A stretch of DNA of 42,805 nucleotides, taken from positions 488,608 to 531,412 of the forward strand of contig NW_008246090.1 in the NCBI RefSeq assembly GCF_000281045.1. The letters run 5' to 3'. The stretch is from Saprolegnia diclina VS20. Lineage: Eukaryota. Positions within the stretch are counted from its first letter, which is position 1; each line of letters begins with the position of its first letter. Below, one piece after another: positions 21,797 through 33,450 of this stretch. The notes beneath the pieces were generated by a model. The model searched no databases and was not told the origin of the DNA. It worked only from the letters and a program-made list of their open reading frames with translations. A program made the translations under genes and the position numbers.

Positions 21797-23341
21797 TTAG
21801 GCCAAGAGGTGCGTAAAGAGGTCGCGGTAAATGTAAATGCCCTTGAGAAACGTATCCTTGTGCAACATCTCGTTGTGCTCGTGGAGCAAAATCTCGGTCT
21901 TGTTCATGGGCGAAAAGCCCAGCGCCGGCACGCCAATCTGGCGCAAGAAGCGGCTGTCGGTGGCCGCCGGAAACACCTCGAGCTCGACGTCCATGCCAAG
22001 GTCCTTGCACGTCTCGAGGAACCGCGCGCAGAGCGGGTTCGTCTCGGCGTCGACCGAGGTCACATGGTGCTCGTGCAGCGGCGCACCAACATACGACCAC
22101 GAGACGCCGTCGGCCGCGCACCACGCATCGAGCATCGCCTACCATCGATCGAGTCAGCATTTCTTATCCAATGCGACGTCATACGTGGAACTCGGTGAGG
22201 TCGGCCGTCGGTGAAATGCGAATGTCAAAGCCGGCCGTGGCTTCAGTCGGAATGACATTGAGCGAGTACGTAGCGCCATTGTCCATCGAGACGCCGGCCT
22301 TGAGCACCGTGAGGTTGATAGTCGTGACGTCCCCGAGCTTCTTCTTCTTCATGTCGCCGTGCTTGCAGCCGCAGGACGCGCCAAGCGCCTTCTCTTGCTC
22401 GTCGCGAAAGGCCAGCGCCTAGCGTGCCCGTGTTGACGGCACAGTCATGACCAAGACGGACCTTGTTGCAGATCGCAATGAGCTTGGACGTCGCCGTGTT
22501 CTCAATGAAGCGCGACCCATGGCCCGTCGGGCCCTCGGCCTTGACGTAGATCCACCACGGCGTGCGCTCGCCATAAAAGACTAGACAAAAAATGTCATCA
22601 TCACAGACGACAATGGTAGGTGTGATACCTGTAAACTTTTCCGTTGGGTTGGCCAGACCTTCGTCGAGCGCGATGGCCAAGGGCGTGATCGCCTTGTACT
22701 CGGGCGACTTGAGGAATTCGCCCATGCCGTCGACGCCGCCAATCTCTTCGTCGGGCACAAAGCACAAGTGCACGTTGCGCGCCGGCACAAAGCCCGACGC
22801 TTTCAAGAGCCGGACGGCTTCGAGATACTGGATGCACACGCTCTTCATGTCCTGCGTGCCCCGGCCGACGATGAAGCCGTCGTCGCGGATCTCGCCCTAA
22901 ACAGCGTGAGCATCCAGCGTAGAAGAAAGCGAGCGCGTACGCCAAACGGGTCGTAGTGCCAGCTCTCGCGCATGACGGGCACGACATCGTAGTGCGAGTT
23001 GAGAAGGACACCGGGCAGCGTCGGGTCCTCGCCCGCCCACGTCGCCTACAAGATCCATGTAGGTATGGCCCATGGCGGCGACGACAATGGTTTACCAAGA
23101 CGATGGGCTTGCCCGCGACAGGCGAGAAGACGTGCGCCTGGAGACTGAGCTCGCCAAGGTAGTCGACGAGCCACGCAGCGCACTAAGTCGACGCATTAGA
23201 CTGGCGAAGCGGCATGTCGCGAGGTACCTGGTCATAGGCGCCCTTGGCGCCGGTGCCGCTGACGGTCGGGATGCGCAGGAGCTCCTGGAAGTGGCGGATG
23301 GCCGAGGCCTCAAAGGTCGCGTCGACAGTCGTTGTTGTCAT
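21797..23341 (-). CDS. ACY1: Aminoacylase-1 (M20A metallopeptidase family)
   Basis: [88 protein letters not shown], across about seven exons. Confidence 0.95.
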
Positions 23342-23751
23342 GCTGGCAGCTCTGGAAATGACGTCAAATTCCCGCTTTCGCGAGATCTGAGTCGAGTATC
23401 GAGTTTGAGAGGTTTGCCCTTTGGCACCCAGTTACATGCACTATGAGTTGACCGCCACTGACAATGCCAATGAACCATGGAGTAAGTTACTAGAATTACA
23501 CTACGGTACCGTTCTAGCACGAAGAAGACGCGTCTTGACCGCTTTGCTTTATGGGCGCAAGACCAACGCGCTGCAGGTGCCAAGGGCTAAATGACAAGGA
23601 TGTTTCCTCCGCTGCCGCCTTGAAGTCGCGCATCGCCGTTCCCCGAAGCGCATCATATGCTCGCTGTCCCACGTGGTCTGTGTCCGTGTGTCGGTGCATT
23701 CATTGGCCATCACGCACGTTGGTCCAACCTTGCTCGTGTCCATTGTGCAGC

Positions 23752-24453
23752 ATGCACGTGAGCTTTGGCGGCTGCGGCTTTCTCCTCGCCTTTCACATCG
23801 GCGTCGCCAAGCAGCTTGAGGCACGCGGTGTCTTGACCGCATCGAGTCGATTCGCCGGTGCGTCGGGCGGCGCGCTCTTGGCCGCCGCGCTCGCGTACGG
23901 CCTCTCGCCCGACACAGTCTTTGACAAGCTCTTGGACGCCGCAGACCAAGCGCGATGTCACCGGTGCCTCGCCGACGTTGTCCGCGAGCAAGTCGACTCT
24001 GTCCTCCCAACGACGCCGCTCTCGAAGGAGCGGCTCATCGTGACGACCGCGCAGATCTGGCCTCGCGTGCAGGAATGCCACTTGACACGCTTCACATCCC
24101 GCGACGATTTGCGAGACGCACTCCTTGCGTCGTGCCATATTCCATTCTACCTCAACGGCGCCTTTGCGGTCAGCTACCGCGGTGGCTACTACGTCGACGG
24201 CGGCGCCTTCTCGCTCGTGCCAACTGTGCCCAACGCGATCGGCGTGAGCCCGTTCCCGACGGACGCGGCGGGCACGATTTCGCCATCGCTGCTCCCAAGC
24301 TTTCCGTACTCAAAGTGGCAGCTGCTGCATTGGGCGCTCTCACCGCCAAGTCACGAGGTGCTACGCGAGCTCGTCGAGTGGGGCGACTTGGCCGCGCAGT
24401 TGTGGCACGCAACGAACATAAGTGCAAACGAGATTTCACAACGTGTATATTGA
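23752..24453 (+). CDS. Patatin-like phospholipase (PNPLA2/ATGL-like), copy 1
   Basis: SFGGCGFL oxyanion loop, GASGG nucleophile motif, ASCHIP, YVDGG catalytic Asp. Intronless. Confidence 0.92.
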   Translation: MHVSFGGCGFLLAFHIGVAKQLEARGVLTASSRFAGASGGALLAAALAYGLSPDTVFDKLLDAADQARCHRCLADVVREQVDSVLPTTPLSKERLIVTTAQIWPRVQECHLTRFTSRDDLRDALLASCHIPFYLNGAFAVSYRGGYYVDGGAFSLVPTVPNAIGVSPFPTDAAGTISPSLLPSFPYSKWQLLHWALSPPSHEVLRELVEWGDLAAQLWHATNISANEISQRVY

Positions 24454-24973
24454 GCAGAACAACCACCAATAGACCGTCGACTCGATCAAGTGCAAATATG
24501 TTGAATATTCGAGTATTTCCTCTGTCCGTTGGTATGACCTCGCGCGAGCTATGACTCGGCGAGAGAGGTCCACCACGGGGTGGATCTCGCAGCTCACTCC
24601 CAACGACCAAGTGCTGGTGCCAACTCCCACGCATGCAGGCGTAGCGCTTCGTCTGCAACGCCTTGAGCTGGTTTTTTCTACTTTGACTTCAACGCGAACT
24701 CTTAGTGAACGTCATAGAAACCGCGCACAAGCAAGGTGTTCGTATGACACGTATAATTTCCGCTGACAGCAGCTTCCAACGCTGTACATGCATCATGTCC
24801 ATAACTCTTTTGCCCGCTGAATACTACAGAACCGTGCTCTATCGACAACAAGGGCCAAGGGAATAAAACAAACGCTCTCGCGCTGCCACGTCAGCGTCTA
24901 ATTGCACACCACTTTGCCCTTCCCCGTCTGTGATTGGATTGGCTTTTTACTGCCTTTTTTATCCAGGTCGACG

Positions 24974-25681
24974 ATGCATGTGAGCTTTGGCGGTTGCGGC
25001 TTCCTCCTCGCCTTCCACGTCGGCGTCGCCAAGCAGCTCCAGAAGCTCGGCCACTTGACGCCGGCTAGCTCGGTCGCGGGGGCGTCCGGCGGCGCCTTGG
25101 TCGCGGCCGCACTTGCCTGCGACGTGCCCCTCGACGCCGTCGAAGAGCGTCTGCGCCAGTCCGCGCTCCTCATGCGGTCCCCGTCCCGCCACCAATCGCT
25201 GCGTGAATACGTCCGTGCGCATATCCTTGAGCTCTTTCCATCACCGCTGCCGTCGCACCTCCCGCTCACGGTCGCCACCACCCAAGTGTGGCCGCGGCCC
25301 GGCGTGGACTTCCACACGACGTTCAAGTCGCGTGACGACCTCGCGGAGGTGCTCTTGGCCTCGTGCCACATTCCACTCTACCTCAGCCGCGACCTCTGTG
25401 TGCCGCACAGAGGCGCCTGGCATATCGATGGGTGCGTCGTGTCGCTTGTCCCAAGCCTTCCGCACCATGTCGGGATCAACGTGTTTCCGCTGCCTCCTTT
25501 TGCACGCCCGAGCAGCACCATGATCAGCCCGGCTTTGATTCCGACCCGGTTTCCATTCTCGTTGCAGCAACTGCTCGTGTGGTCGGTCGTACCACCCCAC
25601 CCGGACGTGCTGGACGAGCTTATGCACTGGGGCCAAGTGGCCGCGACCGCGTACATAGCCATGAAGACCAAGTTAACTTAA
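24974..25681 (+). CDS. Patatin-like phospholipase, copy 2 (tandem paralogue)
   Basis: Near-identical N-terminus MHVSFGGCGFLLAFHVGVAKQL, GASGG, ASCHIP, HIDGC. Confidence 0.9.
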   Translation: MHVSFGGCGFLLAFHVGVAKQLQKLGHLTPASSVAGASGGALVAAALACDVPLDAVEERLRQSALLMRSPSRHQSLREYVRAHILELFPSPLPSHLPLTVATTQVWPRPGVDFHTTFKSRDDLAEVLLASCHIPLYLSRDLCVPHRGAWHIDGCVVSLVPSLPHHVGINVFPLPPFARPSSTMISPALIPTRFPFSLQQLLVWSVVPPHPDVLDELMHWGQVAATAYIAMKTKLT

Positions 25682-28178
25682 GATAAATACGTGCTGGCGC
25701 TGTATCGAAGCGGCGGCTTGGCGCCATCCGTTTCAAGGAGCGTGATTTGGTTTTGCATCAAGTCCATTGCGTCTTGCATGTCGGCGAGTCGGTCCGTGAG
25801 CTTGTCGATATAGGCAACGATTGACCGCTGGTGCTCCTGCTTGGGGTTGCTCTGGATCGCGAGCAGCGACTCCATGACGGCCGGGTCATACTTTTCAACG
25901 ATAAAATTCTCAATCACCGTCTTGTCGTCGCAGTACTTGTCCGTGACGGCCAAGAAGACGTCTCGAGTCAGAACACAGAGCTCGAGAAATGTGACGGCCT
26001 TGACCGTGGCTGCATGTTTGACGTTCATGAGCAGCGCGAGTTCCCCTGTGCACATTTACACTTGAAAAAATAAAAGATAACAAATCGGTACCAAAATGGT
26101 CGCCTTCTTCCAGTGTCCGATACGGCTTGAGGTCGATGCCGCCCACGTCCACGCGTTGAAACGACGCTTCAAGGAGCTTGGGCTGGCGCATCTCGCAAAT
26201 GCCGTTTTGCACAAAGTACATTTCGCTGCCGACTTCGCCGCGCACGACAATGTAGTCGTTGCCGAGGTAGACCTGAAAACCGAGCTGCATCACAAGCTCT
26301 TGGACAAACTCGGGGCTGCACGGCTGGAACATGGGCGACCGCGTAATCATGTTCATCCGCAAAAAGAGCCCGACTTCGACCGAGAGATTTTTCGAGAGCT
26401 CCTTGGTGAACTGGAACGGCTTGCCGTTGAGCGTCCCGTGGCGGGTGTACATGGTCTGATAGTACTCGACGATGCGGTTTTGCAGCTCCACCGGCAAGTG
26501 GAGCAGCGTCATGCTCGAGAAGAGCGACTCCATCTACAGTATTTCGACCGTCAGTCAATACCTACCACCAATATTAATTACCTTTTGCTGAAAGAGGTCT
26601 TGGTTGGCGTAGTAGTTGGCGATCAAATTGCCCACGTTGCCAAACACGACCGCAATCCAGAGCGACCCAAGGATAATGACGACGGCCGAGAAGACATATT
26701 GTGCATTCGTCTGGAGCACATTCGATTGGCCCGTGACCGTGGTGACAATGTAGTAGGCGCTCAGCGTATACGCACTGAGAAGCGACCCGTCCGTAGAGCT
26801 CGCACTCGTCGTCTCGATCCAGAGCTCGGGCACGACAAGGCCATACCAGAGGCATGCGAGAAGGTGCACCAGAAACATAAACAGCGCGAGGAGCGACAAG
26901 AGCCGGATCAAGTGCGCGTAGCGAGAGTAGAGCACCCAGCGCTTGTACTCGTCAGGCACGCGGAGGTAGCGCAGAATTCGCACAAGCGAGTACATGCGCA
27001 AGATGCGTGGCAGCCGAAAGAGCTTGAAGCAACTAGCAAACGAGCTTGGAAGCGTGCTTGGACTCGAATGATGCGTGATGGCATAGACGAGCACGTCCCA
27101 AGGTACGATCGAGAGCGCGTCCGGGACAAACCTAGTCCAATCCCGTCGATCGCGTCGCTAGTATCAACATGTACCAGCTATGGAGATAAATGCGCGCAAT
27201 GTGTCTTCGGGTCGTAATAAAGGTCACGTCCGAGACGCGCACCGCCGTGTTCAAATTGATGACGAGATCGATGGCAAAGAAGACGTTGGTGAGCAGACCC
27301 ATTGTGTCGTCGCGCGGGTTTTCCAGCGGCAGGAACGCCACGTTGTACGGAATTGTCACGAGCTGGTAGTAAGTGAGCAGCACGAGGACCTAATCATTTG
27401 GACGTCAATTGTCAACGGTGTCAGCGACAATCATGCAATGGCGTACGAGGCGCCAGACTCGGTACCACCGACTCGTGGGGTAAATCATGTGGGGCACATA
27501 GATGACGAGCGTGCTGATCGCCGAGACGCGGTGCGACCGGAGCCGAATCTGGTACTGCGACAGCACTTTTTTGTGCCGCTGGCCCATCGCGACTTGATCG
27601 AGAAGCCGCGACCGGCGTTCGTGAAGCTGCGGAATGCGCTCGAGCATCGACTCGGTCAGTCTTTCCCGCACCGACTTGGCGCGGGCGCGTCCGATCACGT
27701 CACAGGAATTGGTGGTCGCGCCCGGATTCAGCGTCACCACGCTGTCGTCTTGGCGATGCTGGCTGGACGTCGGCAACAGCGTTGGCTCGGGCGCAAAGGG
27801 CACGACCCGCGGCGGCTTTTGCGCCACGAGCGACGTGATCGAGTTTGAACACGCGAGCGCCGTCGCCCTTGGCGCCACGCGCTGCGAATGCCCAATCAAC
27901 TTGTTGCGCGTTTTGCTCAGCGTCTTGTGCAGTAACGTGGGCAGCCGCGCCGTGCTCTCTCTGTGGGGCGCGGTCGTTTTGGCGACATTGCGCAGAAAAT
28001 TCTGGACCATGATCGTCGTACGGGTCTTGCGCGGGAAGCGTGGGAGCGGCGCGAGTATCGAGGGTGCGCGCGGACCATGGTACGACGGCAGCTCGACGTG
28101 CGAGATGCTCTTTATGCCATGCGTGAGCGTCGACGTGTCGGGCGCATCGACGCTCTGCAGTGGCGGGCCCGCCTCCAT
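25678..28178 (-). CDS. CNBD-containing 6-TM cation channel, paralogue 1
   Basis: S4 KLFRLPRILRMYSLVRILRYLR, LYSRYAHLIRL, pore YYIVTTVTGQS, S6 IAVVFGNV, C-linker LPVELQNRIVEYY, CNBD FG^ELALLMNVKHAATV. Multi-intron; start uncertain (28178 or 28244). Confidence 0.9.
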
Positions 28179-28311
28179 GCTCACACTGAAAAGGCGCGGG
28201 AAACCGTTTGGTTTGGAAAACGACCACGTCTCATTTTCAACCATGGCGCGTGCAGGTCCGAGCGCGAGCGTGGTGGCACCACCGCTTTCAAGTGACACGC
28301 ACAGCAAGACC

Positions 28312-30488
28312 ATGACGTATATGAGCAATGCGTCCGTGTGTCTCTCGACCTCGGAGGTGCGCCACGCGCTCACCCTGAGCATGGACGCGTCCGCCGTCGC
28401 CGTCACATCGTCCCGCGCCCCACGCCCGCTGCAGCCGGTACTCCGCCTTCTACGCGTCGGCACCAGAGCGAAAATGCGGTTTAGATGCGGTCGCGCGGCA
28501 ACATCTTTGTGGCCTCCAGAGGCCTCTTGCGGGCCAAGAAGCAGCTGCTCCGGCACCACCAGTCGATCGTCCAGCGCAAGCGGGACATGGCCAACTACGT
28601 TGACCGCCACGAACGCGTCCTCGATCAGTACATGATCCGTGCTCGGGCGCCGTTGACGCTTCATGGGACGGACGGTGTCGACGCCGATGCCTTCCTCTTC
28701 GTCCCTTCTGATCCTCGTCTCAAGCTGTGGCAACTCGTACTCTACTGCAAACTACGATGCGCATCGTATGAACGGACGACGTTCGTAGGTTGTAGCACTC
28801 ACTATGTACTACCAAGTGGTGTGGATCCCCTACACCCTCGCGTTTGAGGCGTCGCTTCCGCCGCCGCGCGATACCGGCTACCTCGTGGCGACGGCGGTGT
28901 TTTCGCTCGACATGCTCGTGTCGCTCAACACAGCGTACCGCGATCCGTTGAAACAGCTATTGGTGACGAGCCGCCCCGCGATTCTCGCGCGCTATGTCTC
29001 GAAAAGGTTGTCTTGTTCGATGGGGAATACGTGGTTGACGTCGAGTACTTTCACTTTTAGTTTACTCTGGGACTTGGTCGTCGCGCTCCCAATCGATTTG
29101 CTCTTCTACTATGGCGTCTACGCCGGGTCGCAACTGCACGGCAACTTGCACTACTTTAGCGTCCTCCGCCTCGTGCGACTGCCGCGCCTCGTGCGCATCA
29201 CGAGCTTTCAGCACCTGCTCGAATTTTTCGGGATTCCCGTCGAGCAGCAGCGCTGGCTCCTGCATTCGCGCTACGCGCACCTCGTGCGGCTTCTGGCGCT
29301 CATCCTCGGCCTCGCTGTCATCATTCACGTGCTCGCCTGTGTCTGGTACGGTGTTATCGCCGACCCGAATTGGGTCCACGACATGTACTTGGCCAACGCG
29401 AGTGCGGTCGACGTCTACGTTCTGAGTTACTACTACACCATCACGGCGGTCTATGGGCAAAGCACGACGATGCAAACAAATAGTGAGTACGCGTTCTCGA
29501 CGATTGTGATTGTGCTCGGGTCGCTCCTCATCGCGCTCGTGTACGGCAACGTTGCCGTCCTCGTCGACCATTTTTACGACGAACAAAATAGCTACAAGCA
29601 CAAGGTCAACCCTATCTCGTTTCTACTCATTTGGTTTCAATCGTCTGTAGATGGAATCGCTCTTTGCTAGCATGCAGCTCATGCGCTTGCCGCGGGAGCT
29701 CCAGCGACGTATCGTGTCGTACTATCAAGTCATGTACGACCGCCACGGCACGCTTGACGGCCAGCCCGAGCAGTTTACGAAGGAGCTCTCCAAGAACCTC
29801 TCGGTCGAAGTCGAATTGTTCTTGCGGATGAACATGATTACGCGGTCGCCACTGTTTCGCGACTGCTCGAGCGAAGTCGTCCAGGACCTTGTGATGCGCC
29901 TGCATTTTCGGGTCTTTTTGCCCCAAGATTTCATCATTGCCCGCGGCGAAGTCGGGCACGACATGTACTTTATCGCGCACGGGCAATGCGAAGTCTCGAA
30001 CCGCGGCATCTCGGACACGCCGGCGACGAAAAGCTCGATGCTCGACGACAAACCGTTCAAGGTCATGACGCAAGGCGACTACTTTGGTTGAACGATCTCG
30101 TGTCTTGTATGGTCTATCTCTCATGTGGCGTGCAGGCGAGATTGCCCTCCTCTTCAACTGCAAACGCATGGCCACCGTGGTCGCCAAAACGTACATGGAG
30201 CTCTGCGCTCTCACGCGCGTCGTGTACGAAGCGGTCATGGAGCGGTACCCGGAAGACCGCGCCGTGATCGAAGGCGTCATTCGAGAAAAGTACGGCGAGG
30301 CCGAGCTCAAAGATGCCATCAAGCAACACGCAAAAAGCAAGAAGAAGACATACGACCACGACGCAGCCGTTGTCGAAGGTCTCAATCGGCTCAACGAACG
30401 CCTCGTGCAAGTCGAAGACTGTATGGCGGACCTCAGTGCACGCCTCTCGGTATTGACAGCCGCCAAACTCAATGCGCATCCACTGTAA
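28312..30488 (+). CDS. CNBD-containing 6-TM cation channel, paralogue 2
   Basis: S4 RLVRLPRLVRITSF, pore YYTITAVYGQS, S6 IALVYGNV, C-linker LPRELQRRIVSYY, CNBD FG^EIALLFNCKRMATV, C-terminal coiled coil. Start uncertain (28312, 28381 or 28485). Confidence 0.9.
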
Positions 30489-30747
30489 TCGTCAACCGCG
30501 TTTGCATTCATCGATTGATCTTGCTCCTCGGAGACTAGCAGGGTTGATGGAACCGTTCATGACCGGCAGTACGTAAATGTCGTCTAGAGATAATAGAAAC
30601 GGTATTGGGCAACAGACTGCACCTGCCTCGATGACAAAAGTGCACAGTGAGAGATTTGTGGGCCGCCATTCTACCTCGCGCCATCTCTGCTTTGCAAGCC
30701 TCCAGTAATAGCTCCCACGATTGTATATTATTTGGACGCGGTGGGCA

Positions 30748-33056
30748 TTACATGACAGGATCAAAGCCGGGGGGGGTGCTCGCGGGGGGTTTGTCAAAGG
30801 GGGGTTTCTTTTTTCGCACTTGGAGCGCCGTGAAGATCTTGTTGAAGCAGTGGCGCTGCGCGTCTTCGATGTTTTGTACCTTGCGCTCAAGGTTGCCCAT
30901 GCGATTGGAGAGCTCGCCGAGCGCCGCCAGGATCTTGGTCGACGCGTCGCCGTCACTGGGGGGCTTGACTTCCGGATGCAAGACGAGGGGAAGACCCTTG
31001 GCTTCGCGTTGCTCGACCTCGATCTGCTTGAGCACATCGGGGTGGTACCGCTGCACAATGACCTCTTCCATGCGCATGCGGTCTTCGACAAACTTCGCTG
31101 AAATCGACTCAAAGACGTCCCGCGTCAGAACGCACAGCTCCGAGAAGATCTGTGCGCGCACATTGGCCGTTCGCTTGCACTGCATCAACAGCGCAATCTC
31201 GCCTACACAGACAGTATATAAAAGGCGACCAAATCGTCTCGCTTTGCGCACCAAAGAAGTCGCCTTGCGTCAAGTGCCGCAACACGACTTCGTCTTCGCT
31301 CAAGAGGGGCGACGAGTCATTGGCTGCGACACCGCCTTTCGTGACTTCGCAAATGCCCGACTGCACAAAGTACATTTCCCAAGCGATTTCGCCATGGACG
31401 ACGACGTAGTCGCCGGGCAAATAGACGTCCATTTCGAGGCGCATGACAATCTCTTGGACGACCTTTTTGCTGCACGTATGGAAGATGGGGACGCGGCTGA
31501 TCATCTCCATCCGCAGATAGAGCTCGACTTCAATCGCGAGATTCCGCGAGAGCTCTTGCGTGAGCACCGACACTTGGCCGTCCAGCGTGCCGTGGCGTTC
31601 CCACATGACTTGGTAGTACTCGTTGATGCGGTTTTGGAGGTCGAGCGGAAGCTGCATCGCGCCCATCGACTCGAAGAGCCACTCCATTTTTTTCTTGTAG
31701 CTGTTTTGGTTCTCGTAGAAATTGGAGAGCAAATTGGCGACATTACCAAACACAATGGCCATGAGCATCGAGCCGAGCAAGAGGAGGTAGATCGAAAACA
31801 TGTACTCGGCTTGCGTCTCGAGCTGCATGTTTTGGCCCACGAGCGTCACGAGCGTAAAGAAATAGCTGAGCACATACAAGTCGACGGTCGTGCCGGGCTG
31901 AAACGCGGTATTTTGCCACCCGAGACGGGCGACCGACCCGTGCCAGACGCACGCCATGATATGGACGACAAAGATGAAGGCGAGGATCATCGTCACGAGC
32001 CGAATCAAGTGCGAGTAGCGCGAATACAGAATCCAGCGTTTCCACTCGACGGGGATTTGCAAAATTTTGAGCACGCGCACAAGCCGCGCGAGTCGGAGAA
32101 GCCGCGGGAGACGGAGCGACTTGAGAAGCCCGAGAATACTCAAATGACTCGACGACGACGCTTCGTTGAGCGCAATGTACATGACAATGTCGATCGGAAA
32201 GCACGCAACGAGGTCGAGGACGAACCAGCCACAAATGTAGCGCTTCATGATCGCCTTGCGGCTCGTAATGTACTTGTCGGGCACGACCGGGTCGGCGAGC
32301 GCCGTGTTGAAGTTGAGGAGCGTATCGATGCCAAAAATGGTGTTGGTTGTGATACTAAAGTAGTCTTGGAGCGGGTTGCTGTTGGCGTCCGAGAACGCGA
32401 GCGAGTACGGCGTTTGAAAACTCTGATAACAAATGATACCGAGCGACATCTAAGGTCATACGATCAAGCGCCCACACGGAAGCATGCGATGTACCAGCTG
32501 CCATGTCTTGTACCAATTTGCACTCGGGTTGACGAGGTGCCACGGCAGTTTTTGCTCGGCGCTCGTTGTCTTCTTGGCGACCGCGCGAATGGTATACTGC
32601 TTGAGAATCGCATGGTGCCGGTCCGTGTCGAGGGCCTGCTGCCGCCGCCGGTCGACCATGTCCTTGTGCTTCATCTTGAGCTTGCCGATCGCGCGGAGGG
32701 CGGCGACGTTGGGCCGAAGCACCGTGCCCTCGGCCAGCGCCGCGGCGTTCGCAATCAAGTCGTCCGAGCTCTCGCGCTACACCGTCAACATATTTCGTTG
32801 TCGTCCTTTCTCGAGTACGACTGCACAAGAGTACCATGCTGGTGTTGAGGATGCTGGACGTTGAGGTGCCCTTTGGAAGGGCAAAGCTTAGCCGGTCGGG
32901 TGCGAATGGAATGATCTTGACCGACCGTGTGGAACTCCGGGGCTGGTCGACTTCCTTGGCGACAACGACGTCTTCGTCCGTCTCCTTGTCGTGGTCCTGT
33001 ATCGGCGACATGGGCCGGCGCGCCCCCGGCACGGACAAGCTTGTGCGCCGCTGCAT
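30748..33056 (-). CDS. CNBD-containing 6-TM cation channel, paralogue 3
   Basis: S4 KSLRLPRLLRLARLVRVLK, pore FFTLVTLVGQN, S6 MAIVFGNV, CNBD FG^EIALLMQCKRTANV. The 3' end is uncertain because of a possible GTGCG donor near 30820. Confidence 0.9.
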
Positions 33057-33450
33057 GCAAGCGTCGGTTACCCCGCCTTTCTGAAAGCTATAATAGCCCC
33101 GTCAACGTTGGCTTTGGTCCGTGTAACGCACGCTTCAACAAAGGCCGTTGCTTTTTGAAGATGCGATCGCCATGTGATTGGCAAGAAGCTCAAGCGAGGT
33201 GTCCAATATCCTATATAATAGTACACCGCTTGACCGTGGCTGGCACGTCTGTCGCCACTGTCGTAGCGAGCGGTGACAATACGTTGTTGTTCTGTGACGA
33301 GCGCCGATCGCCATACCAAACACAAGGCTACGCGTTGGTCGCTGCATCTCAGCTAGCAACTGACACGACCAGAAAGCCGACCCGAACGAGCGCCTTGTGG
33401 TGGGCATCGACAGCAGTTAAATAAATAGTGGTCTCGAGCGACTTCCTTTT

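Noticed and set aside
15439..23341. Apparent functional cluster of aminoacyl-tRNA transferase, MetRS and aminoacylase
   Set aside because: The genes act in different compartments and pathways (MetRS has a mitochondrial presequence), are interleaved with unrelated genes, and show no shared regulatory signal. Most likely coincidence.
30647..32848. 733-aa plus-strand ORF, and similar long ORFs at 4298-6589, 2390-3625, 26096-27217 and 6301-7401
   Set aside because: These are antisense shadows of real genes. High GC3 codon bias suppresses stops on the opposite strand, and the translations have no recognisable domains.
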